NCBI GenBank assembly: GCA_035221665.1
Contig: CM069133.1
Location: 99,386,001-99,450,000 of the forward strand
Reading direction: 5' to 3'
DNA: 64,000 nt
Origin: Okamejei kenojei
Lineage: Eukaryota
The position numbers and the translations under genes are program-made. Within the stretch, counting starts at the first letter, position 1. Each line of letters starts with the position of its first letter. This document shows positions 1-11,699 of the stretch, piece after piece. The notes beneath the pieces were generated by a model. That model was not told the origin of the DNA, made no database searches, and saw only the letters and a program-made list of their open reading frames with translations.

Positions 1-336
1 GTCCCGTTTTTTTTAGCTTCACCCCGGGATGATCTTTTTACCCGCGAAATTTTCCTTTGAGACTTCTCCATTTTTCTTTTCCATTTATCTGGCTAAATCA
101 GTACGCCAGCATGACTCTGATTTTAACTTTTACTTTCTCTTTTGCTGGTTTTACCAGCGTAACGTCTTTTTTAGAACGTCCCCACTTTTCCTTACACTTA
201 CCTGCGGGTCCGTTCCGGCCGCTGCGAGGAGCTGCTCTCTGCAACTCTTGCTTCTGCCGTCAGCGCCGACGTAATGCCGTTCCAGCGCCAGGCGGGGCTT
301 CTTCACGTAGTCACTCACGTGACTCCGAAGTAAAAT
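1..336 (-). mobile_element. 5' end (left ITR and leader) of a DIRS1-type retrotransposon, truncated by the window edge
   Basis: The reverse complement of ~291-338 (CAATTTTACTTCGGAGTCACGTGAGTGACTACGTGAAGAAGCCCCGCC) is nearly identical to the left end of the DIRS element at 36631-36678. Confidence 0.85.
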
Positions 337-661
337 TGTAGGTTAGTCCCTCATGCTGGTCCGTCAATACCTGCCACTGTTTGGTAGTGATGAATTTCAG
401 GGCCTGACAGTTCAGCTAGTGGTAACATTACCAATCCAACAATGATATTGGAGATTTCAATTGCACACCCTAGTGTACATTCTAAACTAATTAAAAACAA
501 TGTTCCTGCTAAAAGATACATTGGAAGTATTTCTGATTATCATTAATTATTGTTTACTTTTACAAGAAATTAGACATTGTATTAATTGTCAGACTTTGGC
601 TCCATTTAGATGTTGATGATAGGATTTCTCTCATTACTGCTGATGCTCTTATACTCTCTTG

Positions 662-1870
662 AGAAAAATAGGAGCTACAGCCCATTTTGTCCTTTGTATC
701 TTTGCTTTGCCATTCAATACGATCATGGTTGATCTTCTATATCAAAACCCAAATCCCACTCTCCATAACCTTGATGTTTTTGTGTTCGGAATTGTGTCTA
801 TCAATTAAAAATGTTTAGCAACATGGCTTCAACATTGTTTTGTGCCAGATCACTCTACACAGGTTCTCCACCCTCCGAGGGAAGAAATTGCTCCTGACCT
901 CAGTCTTAAATGTCTTACCTCATATCCTGAGATTTTGATACATAGTTCTGAACATTTCAGTCAGGATAAAGCCGACCTTGTTTGTTGACTACTGTCAAAC
1001 GTTTGTATTTTTCTCTGAGATCTCATCTCATACATCTAAAATTCAGTCAACACAAAGTAAGTAGATCCAATCCAATATCATACCGGTACCCAGACGGGAC
1101 GTCAAAGGACGAGAAGCTGAAGCCAAGAAGTGGAAGCCAAGATACCGAAAGTACATCACAACGAAAGGACACGAAGCCGAAAGTACATCACGCCGAAAGG
1201 ATATGAACCCGAACGGACACCGCGTCGAAACGATACAAACCCGAATGGACACCATGCCGCAAAGACAAGACACAGAACGGACATGACTTGAAAAGCCGCC
1301 GAACGGAAATGATGTCTCCGGAGATGGGATTGGTCCGACACATTGTCAGTCATCGATAAAGGTCAGCGATTGGTCCAGATCCCCGCGTCCATGGCTGGGG
1401 GAGTGTCGCGGGGAGATGGGAGGGTTGGGGGGAGATGGGTGGGTGTGGGGAGGAGCTTGAGCTTGCGTATGTAAAATGGTGGCAGTGACTCCAAGCTGCT
1501 GCAATTGCCATAGAAGCTTTTCGACGAACTGTTCGTTCCCCGTCAGATTTTAAGCCGAAAAACAATCTGACACCGAACGCACATGAAGCCGAAATAATAA
1601 ATGGGTATGAAACACTGAAACACTTTTTTGCACATATTTGCTGCAAGAATTGGTGTAGCTTCTTACATTTTGAAATAGTTACATTTGCGTCTTGTCGTTG
1701 CGCGTGGTGTCCGTTCGGTTTCGTATCCTTTCGGCGTCGTGTCCGTTTGGTATCCCGGCTCCCACTTCTTGGCTTCGGCTTCTCGTCCTTCGACGTCCCG
1801 TCCGCACACGATCATCCCACTATCCCAGTCAGTCAGTCCAGTGGACCCTTATTACACTTTCTCTTTAACA
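662..1870 (-). mobile_element. Old CR1 LINE 3' fragment, interrupted by the TIR element at 1085-1810
   Basis: Degenerate similarity to the CR1 3' ends at 40700-40996 and 56345-56850; the similarity resumes after 1818. Confidence 0.55.
1085..1810. mobile_element. Non-autonomous DNA transposon with long, internally repetitive TIRs (MuDR/Foldback-like, superfamily uncertain)
   Basis: 1093-1272 is an imperfect inverted repeat of 1686-1803, built from CGAA(A/C)GGA(C/T)AC modules. Flanks are ATCATACC (1077-1084) and ATCATCCC (1811-1818). Confidence 0.7.
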
Positions 1871-2004
1871 ATTCTAACCTTTCTGGGTGACGAAAATTAA
1901 CATTTCTAAGTTTGCCCTCCACACAAAAGAGGGTGAAGTTGTGAGCAGGATGCAGAGAAGCTTCAAAACAATTTAAACAAGGCTAAGGAAATTCAGCATG
2001 TCTC

Positions 2005-2330
2005 CGATGACTCTTTCCAATTTCTACTGAGGCACTGTGCAAAACATCCTATTTGGATGCATCACAGACTGGCTTGCCAACTGTTCTGCTTAAGACTACA
2101 AGAAATTCCAGAGAGAAGTGAACGCAATCCAGTACATCACGCAAACGAAACCCTCGCTCTCCCCCCCACCATTGTCTCCAGCTATACCACGCTGCCTCAG
2201 AAAAGCAGTCAACTTAATCATGGACAATTTACTCCTTGATCATTCTCTCTTCTCTCCCCTCCCATTGAGTAAAATATACAAAAGTTGAAATGCTTCTTAT
2301 TCGCTCTTTTCCGACAGACAGATCTCTCAT
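2005..2330 (+). mobile_element. Degenerate Rex-Babar-like LINE 3' fragment
   Basis: Degraded similarity to the C-terminal coding part of the Rex element at 46110-46450. Confidence 0.5.
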
Positions 2331-3784
2331 ATTCTAAGGTTGAAATCCTAATCTTCCAGTCTACCTTGTTGTGACCCTTGTACATTTTTTTCACCTGCAC
2401 TTTCTCTGTAGCTGTAAAACTATATTCCGCACTGATTTTTCTTTCCCTCTCAACCCCATTCTCCAACCTTTGCTCCATAATCCCTGACACCCATACTAAT
2501 CAAGAATCTGTCAATCTTCGCCTTAAAAATATCCGTTGACTTGGCTTCCACAGCCGTCTGTGGTAATAAATTTCACAGATTCACAATCCTCTGACGAAAA
2601 AAATTTATTGTCAAACCAAGTTGTGATTAGCCTGGCTAGCATGCAAAGCCATGTCTTTCACTCTTTCACTCTGCCATATACATTTGACAATAATAAACCA
2701 ATACCAGTATTAATAATTGTTTGACCATTGTACCCACAAGGGCCATTAAGATGAAGTTAATTGCATATGAGTCAAAGAATGAAGATACAATGGTAGATAA
2801 TATAAAATATATGACATAAAAAGCCTAGCACGTAATAGGAGCTCAGCAATTTAGAAAAATTACTATGTTATTAACTCCAGACAGAAAATATTGTTTTTCT
2901 TGACATTTGCTGAACTTATGAGAAGATTCTATTTCTCATAATGAAAAAAAAAACACAGCTTCACAGGATTTAACCAAGTGATGGTGCTTTTCTTTTATGG
3001 TTGTGCAATCTGTGTATAAGTCAGTGGTTACTGTCACGTTCAAACAAATTGACTACAAAATATTGATATCATGTCAGAACCTGGCAGATAAAAGTAAGCA
3101 AAACATTGCCTTTAAGTGTAGCGTAATGTAATTATCAGCAATGTAAATTTAAACTGTGGCAGGTGGGTTAGCGGTAACTTAAAGCATTTTTGTATTTATA
3201 CAATGATGGAATAGTTAAAAATGATACCTGCATGGACAGAAAAGAGAAAATGATAGAGCTGAATTCGATGGTCAAATTTTCTTTCCGTGAAAAAAAGGCA
3301 CAACTTGGTAAAACAATTGTTTTAAATTACACCTCCAAGTGAGGACTTTGACATGTAAACATTTATGGACAACAAAAAAGGTAATGGAGTCCATGCAAAC
3401 TATTCCAAATGTTGCCTTACCAATGTCTTGCACAACTCTATCATGACATCCCAACTCAATCTACTGACCAATGGAGATGATTGTGACAAACACCTTTTTT
3501 TTATCACTGTCTACCTGTGTCGCTATTTTCATGGAACTATGTATCTGAATGCCTCGGTTTTTCTGTTCAGTAATACTGCCCAGGATGCTGCTAGTTACTG
3601 TGCAAGTCCTGCCCTGGTTTGATTTATCAAAATACAACTCTTCTCATTTATCGGAATTAAACTCTCTCTGCCATCCCTAGTCATATTGGCCCAGTTGATC
3701 AAGATCCTGTTGTAATCTTGGCTATCCTTCTTCATTGTCAACACTGTTCGTGTCATCTGCAAATTTCTAACCATGTTCCCTGAC

Positions 3785-3908
3785 GGCATGGTGACGTAGC
3801 TTAGAGCTACTGCCTTACAGTGCCAGAAATCCAGATTAGATCCTGACTGGGTGTTATCTGTATGGAGTTTTGCGTTCTCCCCATGAACTGCGTGGGTTTT
3901 TTTCCGGC
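3785..3908 (+). mobile_element. HE1/V-SINE-like tRNA-derived SINE, 5' part
   Basis: tRNA-like head (GGCATGGTGACGTAGC...GCTACTGCCTTACAGTGCCAGA) followed by a V-domain-like TGTATGGAGTTTTGCGTTCTCCCCATG...GCGTGGGTTTT. Confidence 0.7.
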
Positions 3909-5104
3909 CTTTTCCCCCGTATCCTTTGATCCCGTTAGCCATAAGAGCTATATCTAACTATCTGTTGAAAACATCCAGTGAATTGGCCTCCACTGCCTTC
4001 TGTGGCAGAGAATTCCACATTCACAATTCTCTGGGTGAAAAGGTTTTTCCTCATCTCAGTCCTAAATGGCCTACGCCTTATTCTTAAACTGTGACCCCTG
4101 GTTCTGGACTCCCCCAACATGGGGAACATTTTTCCTGCAACTAGCCTGTCCAATCCCTATAAGATCCACTATCATCCTAAATTCCAGTGATTATAAGCTC
4201 ATTCGACCTATTCTTTCATCATATTCAGTCCCTCCATCACGAGAATTAACCTGGTGAATCTGCGCTGCACTCCCTCAATAGTAAGTATGTCCTTCCTCAT
4301 ATTATCAGACCAAAATTGCACACAATACTCCAGGTGTGGTCTCACCAGGGTCCTGCACAACTGCAGTAGGACTTCCTTGCTTTGACACTCAAATCCTCTT
4401 GCTATGAAGGCCAACATGCCATTTGCTTTCTTCACTGGCTGCTGTACCTGCATGCTTACTTTCAGTGACTGATGTATAAGGACACCCAGGTCTCAGTGCA
4501 CCTCCCCGTTTCCAAATCTGACACCATTCAGATAATAATCTGCCTTCTTGTTCCTGCCACCAAAGTGGATAACCTCACATTTATCCACATTATACTGCAT
4601 CTGCCAAGCATTTGCCCACTCACCCAACCTATCTGAGTCACCTTGCAGCCTCCTAGCATCCTCCTCACAGCTAACACTGCCCCCCAGCTTCGTGTCATCC
4701 GCAAACTTGGAGGTGTTGCATTTAATTCCCTCGTCCAAATCATTAATATATATTGTAAATAGCTGGGGTCCCAGCACCGAGCCTTGCGGTACCCCACTAG
4801 TCACTGCCTGTCATTCTGAAAAGGACCCGTTTACTCCTACTCTTTGCTTCCTGTCTTCCAGCCAGTTCTCTATCCACATCAATACTGAACACCCAATACC
4901 GTGTGCTTTAAGTTTGCATACTAATCTCTTATGTGGGAACTTGTCGAAAGCCTTCTGAAAGTCCAGATATAACACATCCACTGGTTCTCCCTTATCCACT
5001 CTACTAGTTACATCCTCGAAAAATGCTATAAGGTTCATCAGACATGATTTACCTTTCATAAATCCATGCTGACTTTGTCCAATGATTTCACCACTTTCCA
5101 AATG
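3909..5104 (-). mobile_element. CR1 LINE, RT and 3' region (pseudogenised ORF2)
   Basis: ORF pieces QHGFMKGKSCL, YLDFQKAFDK, SGVPQGSVLGP, FADDTKL and RPHLEYCVQFW. Confidence 0.95.
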
Positions 5105-5144
5105 AAGGGAAGTAGAGATAATAAGAAGGGAAGTAGAGATAATA

Positions 5145-6050
5145 AAGAAAATTGTAGGCCGGTGAGCCTCATGTCAGTGGTAGGGAAGTTATTGGAGAGG
5201 ATTCTTTGAGATGGGATTTACTCCCATTTGGAAGGGAAAGGGCTAATTAGGGACAGTCAGAATGGCTTTGTACGTGGCAGGTCAAGTCTTACTAACTTGG
5301 TCGAGTTTTGTGAGGTGGTGGCGAAGGATGTCGGTGAGGATAGGGCCTTGGATGTTGTCTTCTTGGATTTTAGTAAGGCATTTGATAAAGTGCCCCACTC
5401 ACCCAACCTATTCCAAATCACCCTGCAGCCTCATAGTATCCTCCTTGCAGCTCACATTGCCACCCAGTTGTGTGTCATCCGCAAACTTGGAGATGTTACA
5501 TTTAATTCCTTCATCTAAATCGTTAATATATATTGTAAATAACTGGGGTCCCAGTACTGAGCCTTGCAGCATCCCACGGAGCATTTTGTGCAGTTTTGGT
5601 CTTCCAGCTGGAAGAAAGATTTTGTTAAGCTGGAAAGAGTGCAGAAAAGATTCATGAAGATGTTAACAGGGTTGGGGATCAAGTTATAAAGATAAGTTGA
5701 ATAAGTTGTGATTATTTTTCTCCTGGGGCATCGGAGGCTGAGTGGTAGATGGCCGCAGCCATTTTTTCCAGAGGAGGTTGGATTTAAAGTGAGAGGAGAA
5801 AGATTTAAAATGGACCTGAGGGGCAACCTTTTCATACGGAGGTTGATATGAAACGAGCTGCCAATAGAAGGCATAGAGTCAGGTACAATACAGTAACTAC
5901 ATTTAAAATACATTTGTACAGATACATAGACAGAGAAAGCTTAGGGGGATAAAGGTCAAAACCAGGCATATGAGCTTAGCTTGGATAGACATCCTGGTCG
6001 TCATGGATGAGTTGGGGCGGAGGGCTGTTTCCATGCTCGATGACACTATG
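5145..6050 (+). mobile_element. Older CR1 LINE fragment with an internal deletion and an opposite-strand CR1 piece at ~5392-5570
   Basis: QNGFVRGRSSLTNL...FLDFSKAFDKVPH on the + strand, then minus-strand CR1 sequence, then + strand 3' region. Confidence 0.8.
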
Positions 6051-6959
6051 CAGTTTAGAAAATGAGAGGTGATCTTTTTAAAAAGAATAATAGGGTACAT
6101 AGAACATAGAAAATAGAACAATACAGCACAATAACAGGCATTGTGGTGCACAATGCCCGTGCCAAACATGATGCCAGGATTAAGTGATGTAACTTGCTAG
6201 CACATGATCCATATCCCTCCATTCCCTACATATACTGCATGTGTGCCTTTCTGAAAACCTCATACACGCCACTATCGTATATGCTACCACTACCACCCAT
6301 GGAAGGATGCCGAGCGTTGTCTTCGTGAGATGAAGAGTCCAGAATCAGAAGTACTGCCTTAAAATTAGGAGTCAGCCTTCTGGACAGTGATGATTAAAAA
6401 TATTCTCTATTCGGAGACTTTTAAATCTTGTAATTCCTTCTCAAGGGGATGATAATGAGTCAAGGATGAGATCGATAGTTGTTTGGACACTATAGGAATT
6501 CGAGGTTCGTAGGATCAGAAGGGAAAATTAATGAAGTTGTGACATGCTTACTGAATGGCCAAACAGCTGGGGGGAAAATATGATAGATTCTTCTTTTCAT
6601 CTCTAGTGATCTTAGGTTCTGAATTACAAATTTAAGAAACATGGTTTTCAAACTGACTGCCTGATTAATTAGAGAAAGAACATTTAACTTATGTTCTTTG
6701 TTAGAATTTATTTTTGTAGCTACTGAATTTATTTTTGGTCCAGCATTACCAACGTAAACAGAATCAACACAAAGGATTTTCAAAAGGGTTTAACACTGCA
6801 TAAAGCTTTGCTACTTCAGTGACAGCTGTATCTACCTGCAAAATTGACAACAGTACCCTCTGGAGGAGGTGTCAGGTTTCAACAGCAAAGAGAAAGTAAC
6901 TATCATTTGTGTTAAAAAAAAATCTCTTGCAATCCGTTTGTTAAAATAAATCAGCATGT

Positions 6960-7880
6960 TATTCCATTTCATCATTTCATTGGCGGTCACTCGAAACGAG
7001 TACGACTGTCCTCTCCATAGGGTCGTCTACTTGTGGGTCTGTGGAGGCCGATCCGCGATCCACACACCTTGGTGCAACGTAGGCAGTGGAGACTGGTGGT
7101 GGTTGGTAGCCGTCGAACCCCCTTCTCTCTCTCTCCTTACGGTGCTGTTGCTTTGTCTCTGCGACACGGCGTAGTTCCATTTCCTGACGTGCAGCTCCTT
7201 CCTGCACGGATTTCCTCCAGGAGCTCCTGTCTAGAGCAATGTGCTCCCAGTTACTTGATGTGATGTGGAATTTCTTCAGACTGTTCTTGATGTTGTCCTT
7301 GAAGCATTTCTTTGGCCCGCCAGGGGCTCGCCGACCTTCCTTCCTTTAATTGAGATTACAGGATTTGTTTAGGGAGATATGTGTTGGACATGCGGATGAC
7401 ATGGCCGGTCCATCGAAGTTGGTGCTGCATGATTGTGGTGGTGATGCTGGTCATGTTGGCTTCCTCCAAAACTGACGTTGATGCGTTTGTCCTCCCAGCT
7501 GATCCTCCGAATCTTTCGTAAGGATCGTTGATAGTATTTTCCATGGCTCTCAGATGCCTGCTGTCGGAGGTCCATGACGGCTCCATACAACAGGGTGGAG
7601 AGGACAACGGCTCTGTCGACCAGCAGTTTTGTTTGGACCTTTAGGTCTCAGTCTTCAAAGACTCTTTTCCTGAGTCTGGCGTAGTTTCCACTGGCACAAC
7701 TCAGGCGATGGTCGTCCTCAGAGTCGATGTCAGCTTTTGAGGAAAGAATGCTGCCAAGGAAGGGGAAGTGGTCAACGTTGTCATGTGTGGTGTCGTCCAC
7801 TTTTAAAGTGGGCTCGGTAGACGACTGGTTGGGTGGAGGTTGCTGTAGGACCTGGGTCTTCTTGATATTCAAGGCTAGGC
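6960..7880 (-). mobile_element. RTE-clade LINE, 5'-truncated
   Basis: Minus-strand peptides NIKKTQVL, FPFLGSILS, LRWTGHVIRM..LPKQIL and ISWEDKR; short repeat tail at ~6960-6978. Confidence 0.9.
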
Positions 7881-8109
7881 TCCATACTCTGACAACATAG
7901 CACTAACCTTTTAAACTGTAGGTTTAGTTGGTCAGTAGGTGTGAGATAGTTTTGAAGAGTTGCGGATTTTTAATGCCGGGGGGTGGAAAATATCGGAGGG
8001 GGGGGGGAGAGTGTATGGAGGGGAGAGATGAATGGGAATCCAGGTGGGGCACAGGGGAGGGAAGGAGGGAGGGGTAAAGATGCAGGGGAAGTAAGGTGGG
8101 GCGTTAGTT

Positions 8110-8275
8110 AGAGGTTACCCAAAATTGGAGAATTGAGTGTTCATACCGTTGGTTTGTAAGCTGCCCAAGCGTATTGTGAGCTGCTGTTCCTCCAGCTTGC
8201 GTGTGGCCTCACTCTGGCAATGGAGGACAGGACGGCAAGGTTAGAATGGGATAGGACGGGGAGTTTAAATGTTTA
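8110..8275 (-). mobile_element. Penelope-like element, GIY-YIG endonuclease C-terminal remnant
   Basis: Minus strand reads LHCQSEATRKLEEQQLTIRLGSLQTNGMNTQF, matching the PLE C-terminal E..LI..L..L.P.G.N motif. Confidence 0.8.
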
Positions 8276-8279
8276 GCTA

Positions 8280-8775
8280 GCCACCCTCTTTCTCCCCCAC
8301 ACCCCAGCTTTTCCCTGTGCCCCAATCTGGATTCCTACCTATCTTTTCCCCCCATCTTCCTCCTGCTGCTTTCTTCCCCCTGGCTTCACAATGCACAACT
8401 CTTCTAACCTGTCTCACACCAGTCTGAAGAAGGGTCTCGACCCGAAACGTCGCCTATCTCCTTCGCTCCTTAGATGCTGCTGCACCCGCTGAGTTTCTCC
8501 AGCCTTTTGTGTACCCTCACACCAACTGAACTTATCTCTGGTCTTTGTTCCAATCATCTGCCTGTCTAAAAAACACCCTCGCCTGTGTCAACCCATTACG
8601 TGCCACGCTATGTCCTGCCTCTCCCATTTTCCAGCTTTCTTCTCCCACTACAATTAGACTGAAGAAGGGTCTCGTCCCAAAATGTTCTACAGAGATGCTG
8701 CATGACCTGCTGAGTTACTCCAGCACTTTGTGTCCTTTTGAGTATTAACCTGCATCTGCAGTTCCTTGTTTCTAC
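8280..8775 (+). mobile_element. Penelope-derived terminal-repeat pieces, including a hammerhead-like core at 8424-8451
   Basis: CTGAAGAAGGGTCTCGACCCGAAACGTC followed by GATGCTGC..GCTGAGTT.CTCCAGC. The same family recurs at about 10820-11040, 12680-12900, 13530-13730, 16170-16512, 16994-17035, 19350-19470, 25300-25415, 29972-30042, 44305-44460, 50285-50410 and 57452-57579. Confidence 0.75.
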
Positions 8776-9129
8776 AGGACAAGGTGGTTGAGGAGCATCA
8801 AATATCAAAATGGAAATGATTTTTTTTAAAAATATTTATTTTATTAGAAGCAATTGTAGAAGGAGAAAGTAATCGACATGACAATTATACAATTTTCGTA
8901 CAGCTTCAGTTTTAACATTTTATAAACTAATAAGTAAATCGGAAAAAAGAAAAAAGGAAATAAAATGGAAATTATTTTAATAGGGTGGAGGTCAAGATTG
9001 AATAAATGACAAACATGATGATGTTTTAACTCGAGGTGTGGTGCAAAATGACATGCAGAAGCAAAAGATACATTATGGAGAGGTTTCAATGTCCAGGCAT
9101 ACTGGCAAAGAGGGACAAACATGGAGAAT

Positions 9130-9292
9130 ATGCGTTATTTGCACTTTATTAATTTATTAATTAATGTGTGTATTTAAGTATATAACTGTAGTCAATGCCT
9201 ACTATGTTCTGTTGTGCTATGCAAAGAAAGAATTTCATTGTCCTGTCAGGGACACATGACAATAAACTCTTTTGATTTGATTTGATTTGATT
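9130..9292 (+). mobile_element. Rex-Babar LINE 3' UTR and tail
   Basis: Reverse-complement match to 45914-46020; AATAAA followed by a (TTTGA)n tail. Confidence 0.8.
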
Positions 9293-10347
9293 ACATAGCT
9301 TTATGTGGTCCAAAAACATGATAGAAGAGAAGGAGGTGGCCTGGAAGTATAAATCATGTCATCATAGTGTACTGATAGAGTTACCCCACCTCAAGCACCA
9401 ACCCAATTTCCAGTGGTTTGATGGTTATTAACAGCTGCTTTCTGAGAGGAATAGTAGTTAAAATCTAACAATGTGAAGGCGAGAAGACTAGAAAATGTCT
9501 CCAGAGAATAAGATGGATGGTCGTTGATCATTTTCCTGTAGCTGCTTTTAAGCAGTGGGATTGAAAGCTTGACTTATTGTAACTGCTATGTTTTCTGCAA
9601 AGAGGTACTTGACCTTAGGTTTTCCCAGACAATCACACAACCCAAGTGTGCGATTAATGCTGAAAATCAGATGACAAAAACTTGTAGTAGTTTTACTCTA
9701 ATCCCTATCATGGGAAATGGCAAACATTAAGACCTGCAACTAATTTCATGTCCTAAATCAAATGTTCTATTTAATCAGTGTGTAGGTAGTTTCATTGAAC
9801 ACTGTGTCCATGAATGCACTAAATAAATGTGCAAAGGGGCAATAAATGATTGCTCCTTTGTGCATTTTTCACAGTTTCAAGTGTTCATCCTTTCTTACTG
9901 TTGGAATAGTGTGGACAAAAATGGCTATAAGATAATACTCACAATGCTTTTGTGAAACAGCACAAATACCAATTGTGCATGAGGACAATCATTTTCATCT
10001 CAGGGTCACTGCCACATCACTATAACAGATGCTGAGGGTCAGAAAATATACCCTCATTTGAATTCACCGTTTTAATCTGTTTAAATTTTGGGTCAGCAAG
10101 TAAAGCTCAAGGCTCTGGAATTTCATCCCCAAACTTCTCACTCACTGCCCATTTTGTGTTTAATTCTTGCTCTCATTATAGCAAAATTTTTTGCCAAATA
10201 TTTAGACAACTGCTCAATTATGTCCTCATGATGCATGGGCCAATTTTTAATAGTAGTTAATAATAGTGTTAGTTCATTTTTGTGTTATTTACCCCAGGTT
10301 GAGTGGGTACTGACTGCGCCATTGCCCTTGGTCGTAATATCTTCCAT

Positions 10348-10770
10348 CAGTGCTTCCACACCTCAAAAAAATGATTCCTGAAATAGACTCCCAAATTTCC
10401 TGGAATTTGATGGTATTTCCAGAAATTTAAGCCTTCCCCAACTGCGCATGTGAATGCCACCCCAACTGCGCACGCGCGGACACCCGGCCCACTGCGCACG
10501 TGCAAGGAGACAACGTCATTTTGCATCCTTACCGCCTCACTGGCACCATTTTCAATTGTGCGTGGCTGACGGGCCTCCCCCAACTGCGCAGGTGCGGATG
10601 GTCGAAACATTATTTTTCCCCAAAATCCCTTTGCGTCGTACATGCACAGTTAGGGGAGGGCCGGGAAATTTCCCGAAATTTCCCAAAATTATTTAATTTC
10701 CCTAAAATTACCCAAATTCCGGGTAGTTTCCTTCAAACTCTCTTCCATACTCATTTTCAGGCATATGGAT
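10348..10770. mobile_element. Probable non-autonomous DNA transposon (hAT-like CAGTG terminus); right end unclear
   Basis: Starts CAGTGCTTCCACAC; has repeated AAATT(T)CC subterminal motifs and a GC-rich core with repeated ACTGCGCA. Confidence 0.45.
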
Positions 10771-11382
10771 GAAAGGGAAATGCACCATGACTAATATGGT
10801 TAATCTTTGGACCTGAATCATCACCCATCCATGGTCTCCAGAGATGCTGCCTGACCCGCCGAGTTGCACAGGTCTTTGTGTCTTTTTTTTTGTAAATCAG
10901 CACCTGCAGTTCCTTTGTAGGAAGGAACTACAGATGCTGATTTACACTGAGATAGATGCAGGGTGCTGGAGTGACCCAGCGGGTCAGGCAGCATCTCTGG
11001 AGAAAAGATGATGTTTCAGGTTGGGACCCTTCTACAGACTGATTGTAGCATGGGGGGACTACAAAGCTGGATGAGAGGAGGGTAGGACAAGCCTGGCGAA
11101 TGATAGGTGGAAACGGATGAGAGTTGTTTTGATTGGCAGAGGGTTGGACAAAGACCAAGAGATAGAATAGAAGATGCATGAATTGTGAAGCAAGAGGAAT
11201 TGATTGGTAAGGGTGTTGAGGGTTGTGGGACAAAGGCAGGAGGCAGGAGAATGGGGTTAGGAGGGAGAGATAGATCAGGCATGATGGAATGGCGGAGTAG
11301 ACTTGATGGGCCGAATGGCCTAAGTCTGTTCCTATCACTTATGAGCTTATGAGATTATGACATATACATGGACCACGGAACC

Positions 11383-11526
11383 GGCTGGACATGTTTCTGG
11401 CTAGACATGTTTCATAAAGCGTAGACATGTTTGGCTCGCCATGTTTCATAATGTGTAGACATGTCTGGCTCGACATGTTTCATAATGCGTAGACATGTCT
11501 GGCTCGACATGTTTCATAATGCGTAG
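11383..11526. repeat. Minisatellite, ~34-bp unit in about 4 copies (GGCTCGACATGTTTCATAATGCGTAGACATGTCT)
   Basis: Directly visible tandem units. Confidence 0.9.
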
Positions 11527-11699
11527 CCTATAGTTAACGCATGCTGTGTACAACTACCACATACGTCGCGTTCTGCATGCACATTCGCACGTACAGAATC
11601 ATAGCCACGCTGCTGGCGCGGGCTGCCCAAGCTCTACTTTTTCTCTTTTTGGAATCCATAATTCACACCGACAGAGGGATAGCTTGGGGGGGGAGATGG

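Noticed and set aside
3785-3860. tRNA gene
   Set aside because: It is a SINE head with degenerate A/B boxes and no complete cloverleaf. The same applies at ~19200-19278 and ~20180-20248.
11383-11526. CRISPR-like periodicity
   Set aside because: The units are directly tandem with no unique spacers, there are no cas genes, and the context is eukaryotic.
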